NCBI GenBank assembly: GCA_018333475.1 | Contig: JAGXTH010000021.1 | Span: 4,723 to 68,722, forward strand | Direction: 5' to 3' | Origin: Simkania sp. | GTDB taxonomy: Bacteria > Chlamydiota > Chlamydiia > Chlamydiales > Rhabdochlamydiaceae | Length of the DNA: 64,000 nucleotides | Shown: positions 37,985 through 46,451 of the stretch, one piece after another | How positions within the stretch are numbered: position 1 is the stretch's first letter | How the letters are laid out: every line of letters begins with the position of its first letter | Made by a program: the position numbers and the translations under genes | The notes under the pieces: generated by a model | What the model saw: the letters and a program-made list of their open reading frames with translations, nothing else | The model's database searches: none | What the model was told of the DNA's origin: nothing

Positions 37985-39100
37985 TTAGGAAGCTGTTCTA
38001 ATGCAGATAATGTCGAGTTGATTGATCAACGCCTTTAGTTTGAATCTCGTTTCTTGGCTGTTCAGTTTTTCGAGCAGGACTCTCATTTGTTGTTTGATTT
38101 CCAAAGTTTTAGCTGCAATGTCGATTTGGTAAGCCTCCGCGTAGAGATTGATGAGACGATCCTGCAGAAATTCCCAGCGGGCTAAGGAGGAATCCTGCAG
38201 TCGGATGATCTGCAAACTCTTCCAGGCATCAAAGTGATTTTGGGGAAATTGCGGCGCTTCACCGCCATATTCCTCACAGCGCACTTTATCGAAAAAAGCT
38301 TCTGTGAAAGCGAACACAGGGTATACAAAGCCGCCATGTTGGAAAAACTGGCTGAGAATTTCATAGCTCTTGATTCGGGCACTGAGACGCCCTTGTGCTA
38401 TCGATTCTGCCTCGTCGAAAAACAACACCAATCCCTTGTAGCCCATAGCATTGAGGAGCTTACCTAAAGATTGGACCATTTGGACGTGTGGGGCATTGCC
38501 GCGAATAGTCAGCGCTTGCTCTCGGTATCCCCCTACCTCCCTAGCCTTCAAAATTTGTTTTAGATGAGCGAGGGGCAAATTATGACCCATTAATGCCTGT
38601 TCTAACCAATGGCCGAAGTCTTTGGGATTTAGCCCGTTCTTCCCTCCTCCTCTTTTGATAGGCAGCTTATTTTTAGAAAGCATGGCTTGCAAAATCATGC
38701 GAAAACGATGAGGCATATCATCCAACACCTCTAATGAACTTTTTCCCCATGCTTCAACAAACGACTCTCCGGTCGGCAAAGAGAGATTCTTCATTAAAGA
38801 TTGATACACAACCGAAAATTGATAAAAAGGTACCTCTCTTACATCTAGCTGAACCAAGCTTGCTGCATATCCTTGAGATAGTGCTTGCCTTTGTAAATAG
38901 TTCAAGTTATGGGATTTTCCCTGCCCATACGAACCACAAATGCACAAATGACTCGACTGCCCCTTCTCTAAAGCTTCAAGCCCCTTTGAAAAGTTTTGGA
39001 TGATGACCTCATCCTCCATTGTTAAACGATCTACCGCGACCGGGTCAAAGAGCCCGGCTCTTAACCGTTCAATCGCTCGTCGTACAGGAAAAATTCCCAT
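37985..39100 (-). CDS. BrxD/DUF2791-like P-loop ATPase (paralog 2)
   Basis: N-terminal RRAIERLRAGL, Walker A GSYGQGKSH (about 38908-38935), Walker B LVLFFDEAE (about 38410-38436). Same layout as the upstream paralog. Confidence 0.6.
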   Translation of the reverse strand: MGIFPVRRAIERLRAGLFDPVAVDRLTMEDEVIIQNFSKGLEALEKGQSSHLCICGSYGQGKSHNLNYLQRQALSQGYAASLVQLDVREVPFYQFSVVYQSLMKNLSLPTGESFVEAWGKSSLEVLDDMPHRFRMILQAMLSKNKLPIKRGGGKNGLNPKDFGHWLEQALMGHNLPLAHLKQILKAREVGGYREQALTIRGNAPHVQMVQSLGKLLNAMGYKGLVLFFDEAESIAQGRLSARIKSYEILSQFFQHGGFVYPVFAFTEAFFDKVRCEEYGGEAPQFPQNHFDAWKSLQIIRLQDSSLARWEFLQDRLINLYAEAYQIDIAAKTLEIKQQMRVLLEKLNSQETRFKLKALINQLDIICIRTAS

Positions 39101-39101
39101 C

Positions 39102-40364
39102 TTATGTATCCCACGCAGGCTCGAGCTTCTGCGTTTTTTCTAGTTCCATTTCCTTGTGGCTGGCGAGTAGATTTTCGGTGAGATTAAAATCTTGTTGAGC
39201 ATGCCCCTGTTCCGCCATATCTAGGAAACGGATCATCTGCTTGATGAATAGGCGCACTTCACTCAAAATCCCCATTTCCTCTTGTTTTTTGCACATATCT
39301 GCAATCAAATTCTCAGATACCGTGTCCCGAGCCTCCCAACGATAGGAGATTTCGTGGATTTTTCGTAAACAGATGCCGAGATCAATCAATTCTTGCCGCT
39401 TGAGCGGCGTTTTATGCAAATCAATGAGCGTGCCACGGTAGTTCAGGGCCTCAGAATCCCCAACCGAACGGATGCGGCTCCAGAGCGCGTCATAGGATTT
39501 AAATCCTTTTTCCGACAAAAGCACGTCAGGAATGAGAGAAAAAAACAGCTGCAAATATTCAGAATGTTCGGCGTTATCCATCAACAAGCGAATGTTCTCG
39601 TAGGCTGCGCTGCGAATGGAAGTCCCTTGCACCAACACCGTCTCTAGCTCATCTAAGAGGATAATCAATCCCTTATGGCCCGTGAGTTTCAAAAAGGAGA
39701 TCAATGACTGCAAAAACGTCTTAGCTGTAGATTTATTCAAAACTTCAAAGATGTGAAACTTTGTCAGATTTTTTTTGGGGATTTTTTTCCCTTCCAACCA
39801 CTGATACAACAGCTCTTGTTTCGTTACTGTCTCTTCTGGTAGCTCATTTTCAACAGGCGGGCGTAAAAGTCCCATCAGAGCATTGACAAAGTTGATATCC
39901 AACTTGGGCACTTGGCGCAAAGACTGAAAGAAAGTTTCGCGATCAACGTCTACTCTTTTTTGTTTTTCGACCCACTGCTGCACTAACGACCGGATGCCAA
40001 CTCCCTCAAATCGCCCCCGCAGTTGCAAAACGATCTCTTGGTAGATGAGCTCGAACTTGTGGATAGGAATGTCGCGTGTTAAAACAACAAAAGAGGATGC
40101 AAACTGTTTTTGCAGTGCGAGCTGGCGGATCACCGACATAAAATGGGTCTTCCCATCTCCATAATCGCCGTTGATAAATCGAACCTTGCCTCCGCCCTCC
40201 GCAATGAATCCATCCAAATCTTCTTCGACGAATCGCAACCAGTTTTGGCGCCCGACAGTGAAAAACGCCACATACTCTGTGGGGACAAGCCCCTTTCTCA
40301 AGCTCTCTATGATGGCTCTTGCTTGGAATGGTTTCAGCTGTTCAATATCTTCTTTTGTAATCAT
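39102..40364 (-). CDS. BrxD/DUF2791-like P-loop ATPase (paralog 1)
   Basis: ARAIIESLRKGLVP...FFTVGR, Walker A GDYGDGKTH (about 40143-40169), Walker B LIILLDELE. This is the pattern I associate with Pfam DUF2791 (BrxC/BrxD family). Confidence 0.65.
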   Translation of the reverse strand: MITKEDIEQLKPFQARAIIESLRKGLVPTEYVAFFTVGRQNWLRFVEEDLDGFIAEGGGKVRFINGDYGDGKTHFMSVIRQLALQKQFASSFVVLTRDIPIHKFELIYQEIVLQLRGRFEGVGIRSLVQQWVEKQKRVDVDRETFFQSLRQVPKLDINFVNALMGLLRPPVENELPEETVTKQELLYQWLEGKKIPKKNLTKFHIFEVLNKSTAKTFLQSLISFLKLTGHKGLIILLDELETVLVQGTSIRSAAYENIRLLMDNAEHSEYLQLFFSLIPDVLLSEKGFKSYDALWSRIRSVGDSEALNYRGTLIDLHKTPLKRQELIDLGICLRKIHEISYRWEARDTVSENLIADMCKKQEEMGILSEVRLFIKQMIRFLDMAEQGHAQQDFNLTENLLASHKEMELEKTQKLEPAWDT

Positions 40365-40365
40365 A

Positions 40366-41262
40366 TTAGCCCTTTACGAAGGAAGCGTGAGAAAGGTGCC
40401 GTTTTTCCCCCATTTGATCGATGAGCCACAGCGACTTAATTCTTCCAGGAGCTAACCGGATGCAATATCCGCCAACTGTCGAAGAAACGTCCGAAGTAAA
40501 AAAGCGCCAGAGATCGACAGCAAACTGCTCAATGCTATAGCCTTTAAACTTTGCCTTGTCCATATTTTGTAAAAAAGCCTTACTCTGCAGCGACCAAACA
40601 TAATCAGTGTACAATTGATGAATAGAAACCGCATCCCCAATCCCCTGCTTCTCTTTTTTTACGATCTCTTGATAGCATGAAAATAAAGAATCAATGAATG
40701 GCTGTGGTTCAAAAACAGAGTCGTACAGCTTCCGTTTGAGGTTCAAAGCGGCAGACACAATGCGTTTTGGATCGAACGATTTGATCGTGAGCTCACCTAG
40801 CTTTGTCAGTCTTGTAGCAAAATTTACCTCGCCTTCAATCCCCTTCAGCACAAAAAATCGAGGCAGGTCGATCTCCATAGGAAGTCCCGCTTTCTCTGCG
40901 GCTTGCATCAAACCATTCTTAAATTCCGACTTATACTGTTCTATCTGTTCGTCCGCGTACACCTGCAACTGAGAGAAAATCGATGCGCAGCCTTCAAGAC
41001 TTGCGTCCTCTAATACAACGCTTGCCTGCTTGCTTTTTAACAGCTCATCCAATTGAAAAAAGTCATTCTTTTCAATGCACTGGATGCATTTTTTGATAAA
41101 ATCGGAGCTTTTTTGCCGCCGATTTAGCTCCTGCTGAAATGGCTTTACAATCTCTCCGAGATGATGCTTGGCATCTTCTACATTTGTTGACTGTTCCAAT
41201 AAGGTCATACGCACTCGCCCTTTTATTAAGGGGACGAGCGTAGCCAACAATGGAAATAGCAT
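40366..41262 (-). CDS. Hypothetical protein, first gene of the helicase operon (start may be the internal ATG at about 41208)
   Basis: 298-aa ORF ending 1 nt before the next gene's start. No family recognised. Confidence 0.5.
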   Translation of the reverse strand: MLFPLLATLVPLIKGRVRMTLLEQSTNVEDAKHHLGEIVKPFQQELNRRQKSSDFIKKCIQCIEKNDFFQLDELLKSKQASVVLEDASLEGCASIFSQLQVYADEQIEQYKSEFKNGLMQAAEKAGLPMEIDLPRFFVLKGIEGEVNFATRLTKLGELTIKSFDPKRIVSAALNLKRKLYDSVFEPQPFIDSLFSCYQEIVKKEKQGIGDAVSIHQLYTDYVWSLQSKAFLQNMDKAKFKGYSIEQFAVDLWRFFTSDVSSTVGGYCIRLAPGRIKSLWLIDQMGEKRHLSHASFVKG

Positions 41263-41717
41263 TCAACAGAAATGTTTGGACTGAAATCCCCTTGCCCTTT
41301 CTATCCAAATCGTGACCTGGGTAAGGGTGCTTTTTAAAGAATGGATCACGGGAGAGTGTAAATAGCTTGCGAAAATCATTGCTCAATGCATATCGGAATT
41401 CCTCCATTTTTAACAGGGAATTTAGTGCATTTTGTTACCATACTTTCACGATCGCTTTGCATATGCATCTTGGGGGATGCAACCCCAAAAAATCGCATCG
41501 GACACCAAGGACACTCAATCAAGCGTTCAACCTAGGCAACAGATTTTCATATTGTTTAATGGCGCCCGTGGTCTAACATTGATCACTCAGGACTCACAAC
41601 CTACTGGTTTCCGAATCCAAGTCTGACATGCTCTGCGAAAATATTTGGCTTCTCTAGACAAAAAACTCCACTTACCCTATACCATCTTGATTACCGGTCG
41701 TACTGCCGGGTGGTTTC

Positions 41718-43061
41718 ATGCAAATATTTACTCTGGCTGAGGTGGCTTTATGGCTCAACCTCCCGGTTATTCTTTCGCGTCTCCCTGTTCAGAGCGTCGT
41801 TACAGACAGTCGTGAAGTTCAGGGTGGTGAGCTCTTCGTTGCTCTTAAAGGTGAGCGCACGGATGGACATACATTCTTGGAAGAAGTTGCTAGTAAGGGG
41901 GCAATTGCCGCCTTAGTTGCAAACGACTATCAAGATTCGGATTATGGTCTTACGCTCATTCGAGTCCCAGATGTTTTAGCCGCTCTACAAGAGATGGCTA
42001 AAAAGCGATTAAGCGGAGTACAACCTAAAATCATTGGAGTGACGGGGTCTGTCGGAAAAACAACGACGAAGGAGTTCATAGCAACGTTGCTTTCAAAACG
42101 TTATCGCGTTGGAAAATCTCCTGGGAATGCCAATTCTCAAGTGGGTGTTCCCAAGACCATTCTCAATATTAGAGGGGACGAAGAAGTTCTAGTTCTAGAA
42201 ATGGGAATGACCGAAGCTGGACAGATCTCTAGATTGATAGAGATGGCCCCTCCAGATATCGCGGTCATTACTACCATTGGTCATGCGCATATGGAATTTT
42301 TCCCCGAAGGCATGGAGGGCATAGCAGCTGCTAAAGCGGAGATTTATGCACATCCTTTAACGCAATGGGGAGTTGCTAATATTCGGACCAAGGAATTTCC
42401 TAGTGTTCTTGCAAGCGGGTGCTGTCAAAAGCTCTTTGTAGGCACGGTCTCTGAGTCTGATTGGAAGTTTTCGATGGAAGAAGAGGGGATAAGGCTAGAA
42501 ACAAAACAAGGTATATCTCCTTGTATTCAGTTGCCTTTTTCTGCCAGTCATTTAGTTGAAGACTTCGCTCTTGCTGCTGCTGTAGCGAGTTTGTTCGGAA
42601 TAAGTTTTGAAGAGATTGCTAGTCAATCCAAGGAATTAGCTACCTATAAAAACCGTTATGAGATCCTTAACAAAGAAGGCGTATTGTTTCTCAATGATTC
42701 CTATAATGCGAGCCCAGAATCTATGTGTGCAGCTCTTGATAACTTGCCGACTAGACATGGTAAAGTGATAGGGGTCTTTGGCGAGATGAAAGAGTTGGGA
42801 AGAAGTTCCGTGGAGGCACATCGTAAAGTAGCTTTGCATGCACTGGATAAAATTGATTATTTACTTTGTTTTGGAAAGGGGTGTATTCCGATGGTTGAGG
42901 TGTTTAGCTCCTTCAGTAAGTCTGTGGAATTGTTTCGAGATTTTACCCTTTTAAAGAGACGAGTGTACGAATTGGCGGAAGAAGGAGATCTTGTCCTGCT
43001 TAAGGGAGCGAATTCCTGCCAACTTTGGAAGGTGCTTGACCACGAGGAGAGTGTTGTATGA
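41718..43061 (+). CDS. murF: UDP-N-acetylmuramoyl-tripeptide--D-alanyl-D-alanine ligase
   Basis: SVVTDSREV..GELFVALKGERTDGH and GVTGSVGKTTTKE Mur-ligase motifs. Followed by mraY with a 4-nt overlap. Confidence 0.9.
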   Translation: MQIFTLAEVALWLNLPVILSRLPVQSVVTDSREVQGGELFVALKGERTDGHTFLEEVASKGAIAALVANDYQDSDYGLTLIRVPDVLAALQEMAKKRLSGVQPKIIGVTGSVGKTTTKEFIATLLSKRYRVGKSPGNANSQVGVPKTILNIRGDEEVLVLEMGMTEAGQISRLIEMAPPDIAVITTIGHAHMEFFPEGMEGIAAAKAEIYAHPLTQWGVANIRTKEFPSVLASGCCQKLFVGTVSESDWKFSMEEEGIRLETKQGISPCIQLPFSASHLVEDFALAAAVASLFGISFEEIASQSKELATYKNRYEILNKEGVLFLNDSYNASPESMCAALDNLPTRHGKVIGVFGEMKELGRSSVEAHRKVALHALDKIDYLLCFGKGCIPMVEVFSSFSKSVELFRDFTLLKRRVYELAEEGDLVLLKGANSCQLWKVLDHEESVV

Positions 43062-44269
43062 TACCCCTTTTTCTGCATTTCATCGCACTGCATTTTTCCC
43101 TAAAGGTACCCGCTGTATTTTTTTATGCATCTACACGAATGATGCTGGCTGCTCTTACGGCTGGGTGTTTCACTATTTTTTTTGGACCAAGGTTCATTCA
43201 GAAATTGTATGCGTTAAAAATGGGGCAATCCATTCGTGTAGCTGATTGTCCGGGATTGGCCCAGTTACATGAGAAGAAAAAGGATACTCCCACGATGGGA
43301 GGTATTCTTATTCTCTCTTCCATGTTGACGAGTCTTATCTTATGGATGGATTTAAGCTCGGTGTTTACGGTGATCTTGGCTATTACGACGATTTGGCTGG
43401 GATTGATCGGCGGCACGGATGATTATTTAAAGCTCAAACATAAAAATTCTAAGGGATTGAGTGCTAGACGTAAAATGATCTTCCAGACGTTATTTGCAGT
43501 GTTTCTTTCTTTATACCTATACTGCCCGATGGTGACTAAAACGGTCGCTTTTGAAGATCTTTTTGTGTCCCCAACGGCCAAGGAACACGTGATTGAAGAT
43601 GCGCAGGATGTAATGCAGCAGCGCTCTTTACAGCAATATAGTGGGCAGTATTACTTTCCCTTCCTAAAAGACCCTCTTTTTGTGTTGAGTGGTACAGGAT
43701 TATTTGTTGCCTTCGTCATTACTTGGTTTACTGTAACCGGGGCTTCAAATGCGGTCAATTTGACAGATGGTCTGGATGGCCTTGCAGCAGGATGTCTTGT
43801 CATGGTCAGTGTTGTGTTGGGCATTTTCGGGTTTTTTTCTAACAATATTGAGATGGCGCGCTATCTCAATATTCTTTACATAGAAGGCAGTGGAGAGATC
43901 GCAGTGTATCTATTTGCCATGGCAGGGGCTTGCTTAGGATTTCTCTGGTATAACGGTTATCCTGCGCAAGTGATCATGGGAGATACGGGGTCTTTAGCCC
44001 TTGGAGGAATTCTAGGGGTTTCTGCAGTATTGATGCGGCGAGAGTTATTATTAGCGCTCATTGGTGGTATCTTTGTTATTGAGACACTCTCTGTGATTTT
44101 ACAAGTGGGTAGCTATAAGCTCCGTAATCGTAAACGTATTTTTCTTTGTACTCCTATTCATCACCATTTTGAATATAAAGGGTGGCCTGAGACGAAAGTG
44201 GTCATCCGTTTTTGGATCGTGGGCTTTCTTTTTGTCATGATCGGTCTTGCCTCTCTTAAGTTTCAGTAA
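43058..44269 (+). CDS. mraY: Phospho-N-acetylmuramoyl-pentapeptide transferase
   Basis: Polytopic membrane protein with GTDDYLKL, NAVNLTDGLDGLA and PIHHHFE motifs. Confidence 0.93.
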   Translation: MIPLFLHFIALHFSLKVPAVFFYASTRMMLAALTAGCFTIFFGPRFIQKLYALKMGQSIRVADCPGLAQLHEKKKDTPTMGGILILSSMLTSLILWMDLSSVFTVILAITTIWLGLIGGTDDYLKLKHKNSKGLSARRKMIFQTLFAVFLSLYLYCPMVTKTVAFEDLFVSPTAKEHVIEDAQDVMQQRSLQQYSGQYYFPFLKDPLFVLSGTGLFVAFVITWFTVTGASNAVNLTDGLDGLAAGCLVMVSVVLGIFGFFSNNIEMARYLNILYIEGSGEIAVYLFAMAGACLGFLWYNGYPAQVIMGDTGSLALGGILGVSAVLMRRELLLALIGGIFVIETLSVILQVGSYKLRNRKRIFLCTPIHHHFEYKGWPETKVVIRFWIVGFLFVMIGLASLKFQ

Positions 44270-44434
44270 CCTCTTTTGAGACTAAGGCTTTGTCGATTTT
44301 GGGGGGTATTTTGATCGTTTTTCGGCTCTTTTTTTAGGGTAATATACGGATGTTGATATAACCCAAAAAAAAAAGAGTTGAAAAGAGTCTTAAAAGAACC
44401 CGAAAATCGACGGAAGCTTAATTTCGAAAGAGGT
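44270..44434. repeat. Degenerate copy of the about 150-bp palindromic intergenic element (MITE/REP-like family; perfect copy at 50821-50970)
   Basis: Imperfect long inverted repeat centred near 44350. Its arms align at roughly 80 percent by eye to the arms of the 50821-50970 element (CTCTTTCGAAAyTAAGCTTC..TCGATTTT..GGGTAATAT). Confidence 0.65.
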
Positions 44435-44448
44435 CTAGTAAGAAAACT

Positions 44449-45726
44449 ATGCAAACAGCACTTGTTCTTGGCCTTGGAGTGAGCGGAAAAGCTGCCTGCC
44501 AATTACTGCTTAAGAAAGGGTATCATGTCATTGCTGTAGATGATCGTATGCAGCAGTGCCCGGAGGTCGAAGCTTTAGGGGTACGCGTGTTTAATACGCA
44601 ACATATTGTAGATCTTGATGCTTTGGACCTTGTTGTCTCGTCTCCAGGAATTGCGCCAACGCACCCCATCTATCAACAGGCAATTTTAAAGCATATTCCA
44701 GTCATGGGAGAAGCTCAGTTAGGACTTAAAGAATTATCTCAGCCATGCATTGGTATTACTGGAACTAATGGAAAAACGACAGTGACCTCTATGGTGACAC
44801 ATATTCTTCATCATGCGCAACATAAGGCTAGATCGTTGGGTAATATTGGCGAATCTCTTTGTCTTTACGCTCTTTCTCCTAAGATAGATGAGATTCTTGT
44901 GATTGAACTCAGTTCGTACCAGCTGGAAACCATGAATGGGGAGATGCTAGATACTGCAGTGATATTGAATATCACGCCAGACCATCTTGATCGTTATGGT
45001 AGGATGAAAGACTATGCTAAAGCAAAATGGAATATCCAGCATTGCTTGAAAAAAGAGGCACCTCTTATTGTTTATGATAAGGTATTAGAAGAGTGGAAAG
45101 AATTCCAGGAGATCGAGAGAGTAATTGCTTATACGTACCCCTCTCTCGTAGTTAATTTACCTGAAGAGTATACAAGAAATGGACGCCATGATGGGAATAA
45201 TTTACTCGCCGCTTGGCTTCTGGTAAAAAAATTTGGCGTTACAGAAGAGCAATTTATAGGTGCATTGAAAGAGTTTAAAAAGCCTTCTCATCGTATTGAA
45301 TATGTGGCAACCATTGGCGGTGTGCAGTATTTTGATGATAGCAAGGGTACAAATCTTGATGCTGTTGCTCGCGCTGTGGAAGCCATGAATGGGCCTGTTT
45401 GGCTGATTGCTGGTGGAGTGGATAAAGGGGCATCCTATGCCTTTTGGAAGGAAGCATTCAAGGATAGGGTAGTGAAAATTTTTGCTTTGGGAGAGGCCAA
45501 AGAGAAAATCTCTAGAGAAGTTGGTGTGTTTTGTGAGGTGGAAGAGGTGGAATCGTTAGAGCAGGCTATAAGGAGAGCTACCCGGGAAGCTGCATCTGGC
45601 AGTAATGTCCTTCTTTCCCCTGGCTGTTCAAGTTTTGATATGTTTATTGATTATGCCCATCGAGGCGATGAATTCCAGCGTATTGTAAGAAGCATAGAAG
45701 AAGAAAGGAGGAAAGAAATTATATGA
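44449..45726 (+). CDS. murD: UDP-N-acetylmuramoylalanine--D-glutamate ligase
   Basis: VLGLGVSGKA Rossmann N-terminus and GITGTNGKTTV Mur-ligase P-loop. Position between mraY and ftsW. Confidence 0.9.
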   Translation: MQTALVLGLGVSGKAACQLLLKKGYHVIAVDDRMQQCPEVEALGVRVFNTQHIVDLDALDLVVSSPGIAPTHPIYQQAILKHIPVMGEAQLGLKELSQPCIGITGTNGKTTVTSMVTHILHHAQHKARSLGNIGESLCLYALSPKIDEILVIELSSYQLETMNGEMLDTAVILNITPDHLDRYGRMKDYAKAKWNIQHCLKKEAPLIVYDKVLEEWKEFQEIERVIAYTYPSLVVNLPEEYTRNGRHDGNNLLAAWLLVKKFGVTEEQFIGALKEFKKPSHRIEYVATIGGVQYFDDSKGTNLDAVARAVEAMNGPVWLIAGGVDKGASYAFWKEAFKDRVVKIFALGEAKEKISREVGVFCEVEEVESLEQAIRRATREAASGSNVLLSPGCSSFDMFIDYAHRGDEFQRIVRSIEEERRKEII

Positions 45727-46448
45727 ATCGAAGAGATATTATCATTATTGCAGTACTTATTAATGCCGGTTTGCTCGTTGTGCTGTTTACCAGTGCACTA
45801 AAGTCAGATCGCAATGAGCCTACACTGGCTATGCAGACAGAAGAGTTGCTCCCATCATCGCATCATGCGACCTCGTTTGCTCCGAACCAGCATGTGCGTG
45901 GGGATGAAGTGGATCAGGTGTTGAGTCAATTTGCCATAGAACCTGTGGCTCCAGCAGAACAAACTCCTTTGGCTACGCCCGTTTTACAACCAACGCAAAC
46001 AGAATCTCAAACCTTGCAGTCGATCCCAAGTTTTCTAGAAGAAGCCCAAGGATTTACCGCGCGACCCACGCAGTCAGTGGCTCCTACGCGTCAAGAAACT
46101 GCAACGCCCACTTTTAAAGAAATACGGGTGAAAAAAGGAGATGTTTTGCAGAAAATTGCCCGCGCGCATCACACGACGGTTCAAGAAATTATGCGTAGTA
46201 ATAAACTCTCTTCTACACAACTGAAAATTGGACAAGTTCTCAAAATTCCTAATAAAGGATCCTCGGAGATGGTTTCCTCTGGTGCAAGTTCAGGAGAGGT
46301 GCGTTACTATGTCGTTAAAAATGGCGATAATCCTTGGACAATAGCTGTGAAGAATCAAATGAAAGTTGAAGAGTTGCTCAAACTCAACGGTCTTAACGAG
46401 GAAAAAGCACGGAAACTCAAAGCAGGGGACCAACTGCGGATCAGATAA
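45723..46448 (+). CDS. Membrane-anchored protein with two LysM domains (occupies the nlpD slot of the dcw cluster)
   Basis: N-terminal TM helix, Pro/Thr/Gln-rich linker, and two LysM-like repeats (VKKGDVLQKIARAHHTTVQEIMRSNKL..LKIGQVLKIP and VKNGDNPWTIA...LKAGDQLRI). No M23 HxxxD/HxH motif visible. Confidence 0.75.
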   Translation: MNRRDIIIIAVLINAGLLVVLFTSALKSDRNEPTLAMQTEELLPSSHHATSFAPNQHVRGDEVDQVLSQFAIEPVAPAEQTPLATPVLQPTQTESQTLQSIPSFLEEAQGFTARPTQSVAPTRQETATPTFKEIRVKKGDVLQKIARAHHTTVQEIMRSNKLSSTQLKIGQVLKIPNKGSSEMVSSGASSGEVRYYVVKNGDNPWTIAVKNQMKVEELLKLNGLNEEKARKLKAGDQLRIR

Positions 46449-46451
46449 TTT

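Noticed and set aside
33079-41262. A complete BREX (type 2) system
   Set aside because: Only BrxD-like and Lhr-like helicase components are present. No PglX methyltransferase, PglZ phosphatase, PglW, or BrxA/B/C genes occur anywhere in the window.
41470-41488. The hairpin TTGGGG-GATGCAA-CCCCAA as a terminator of the helicase operon or a murF attenuator
   Set aside because: On the plus strand it is followed by an A-run, not a T-run. On the minus strand the T-run precedes the stem. It also lies upstream of both divergent genes, not downstream of either.
41072-41626. Small ORFs in the 455-nt spacer between the helicase operon and murF (41072-41407 minus strand, 41367-41576 plus strand, 41432-41626 plus strand)
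   Set aside because: No motifs, mutually overlapping, and one overlaps the 298-aa gene's start. The spacer more likely holds divergent promoters. A small RNA cannot be excluded, but I see no supporting structure.
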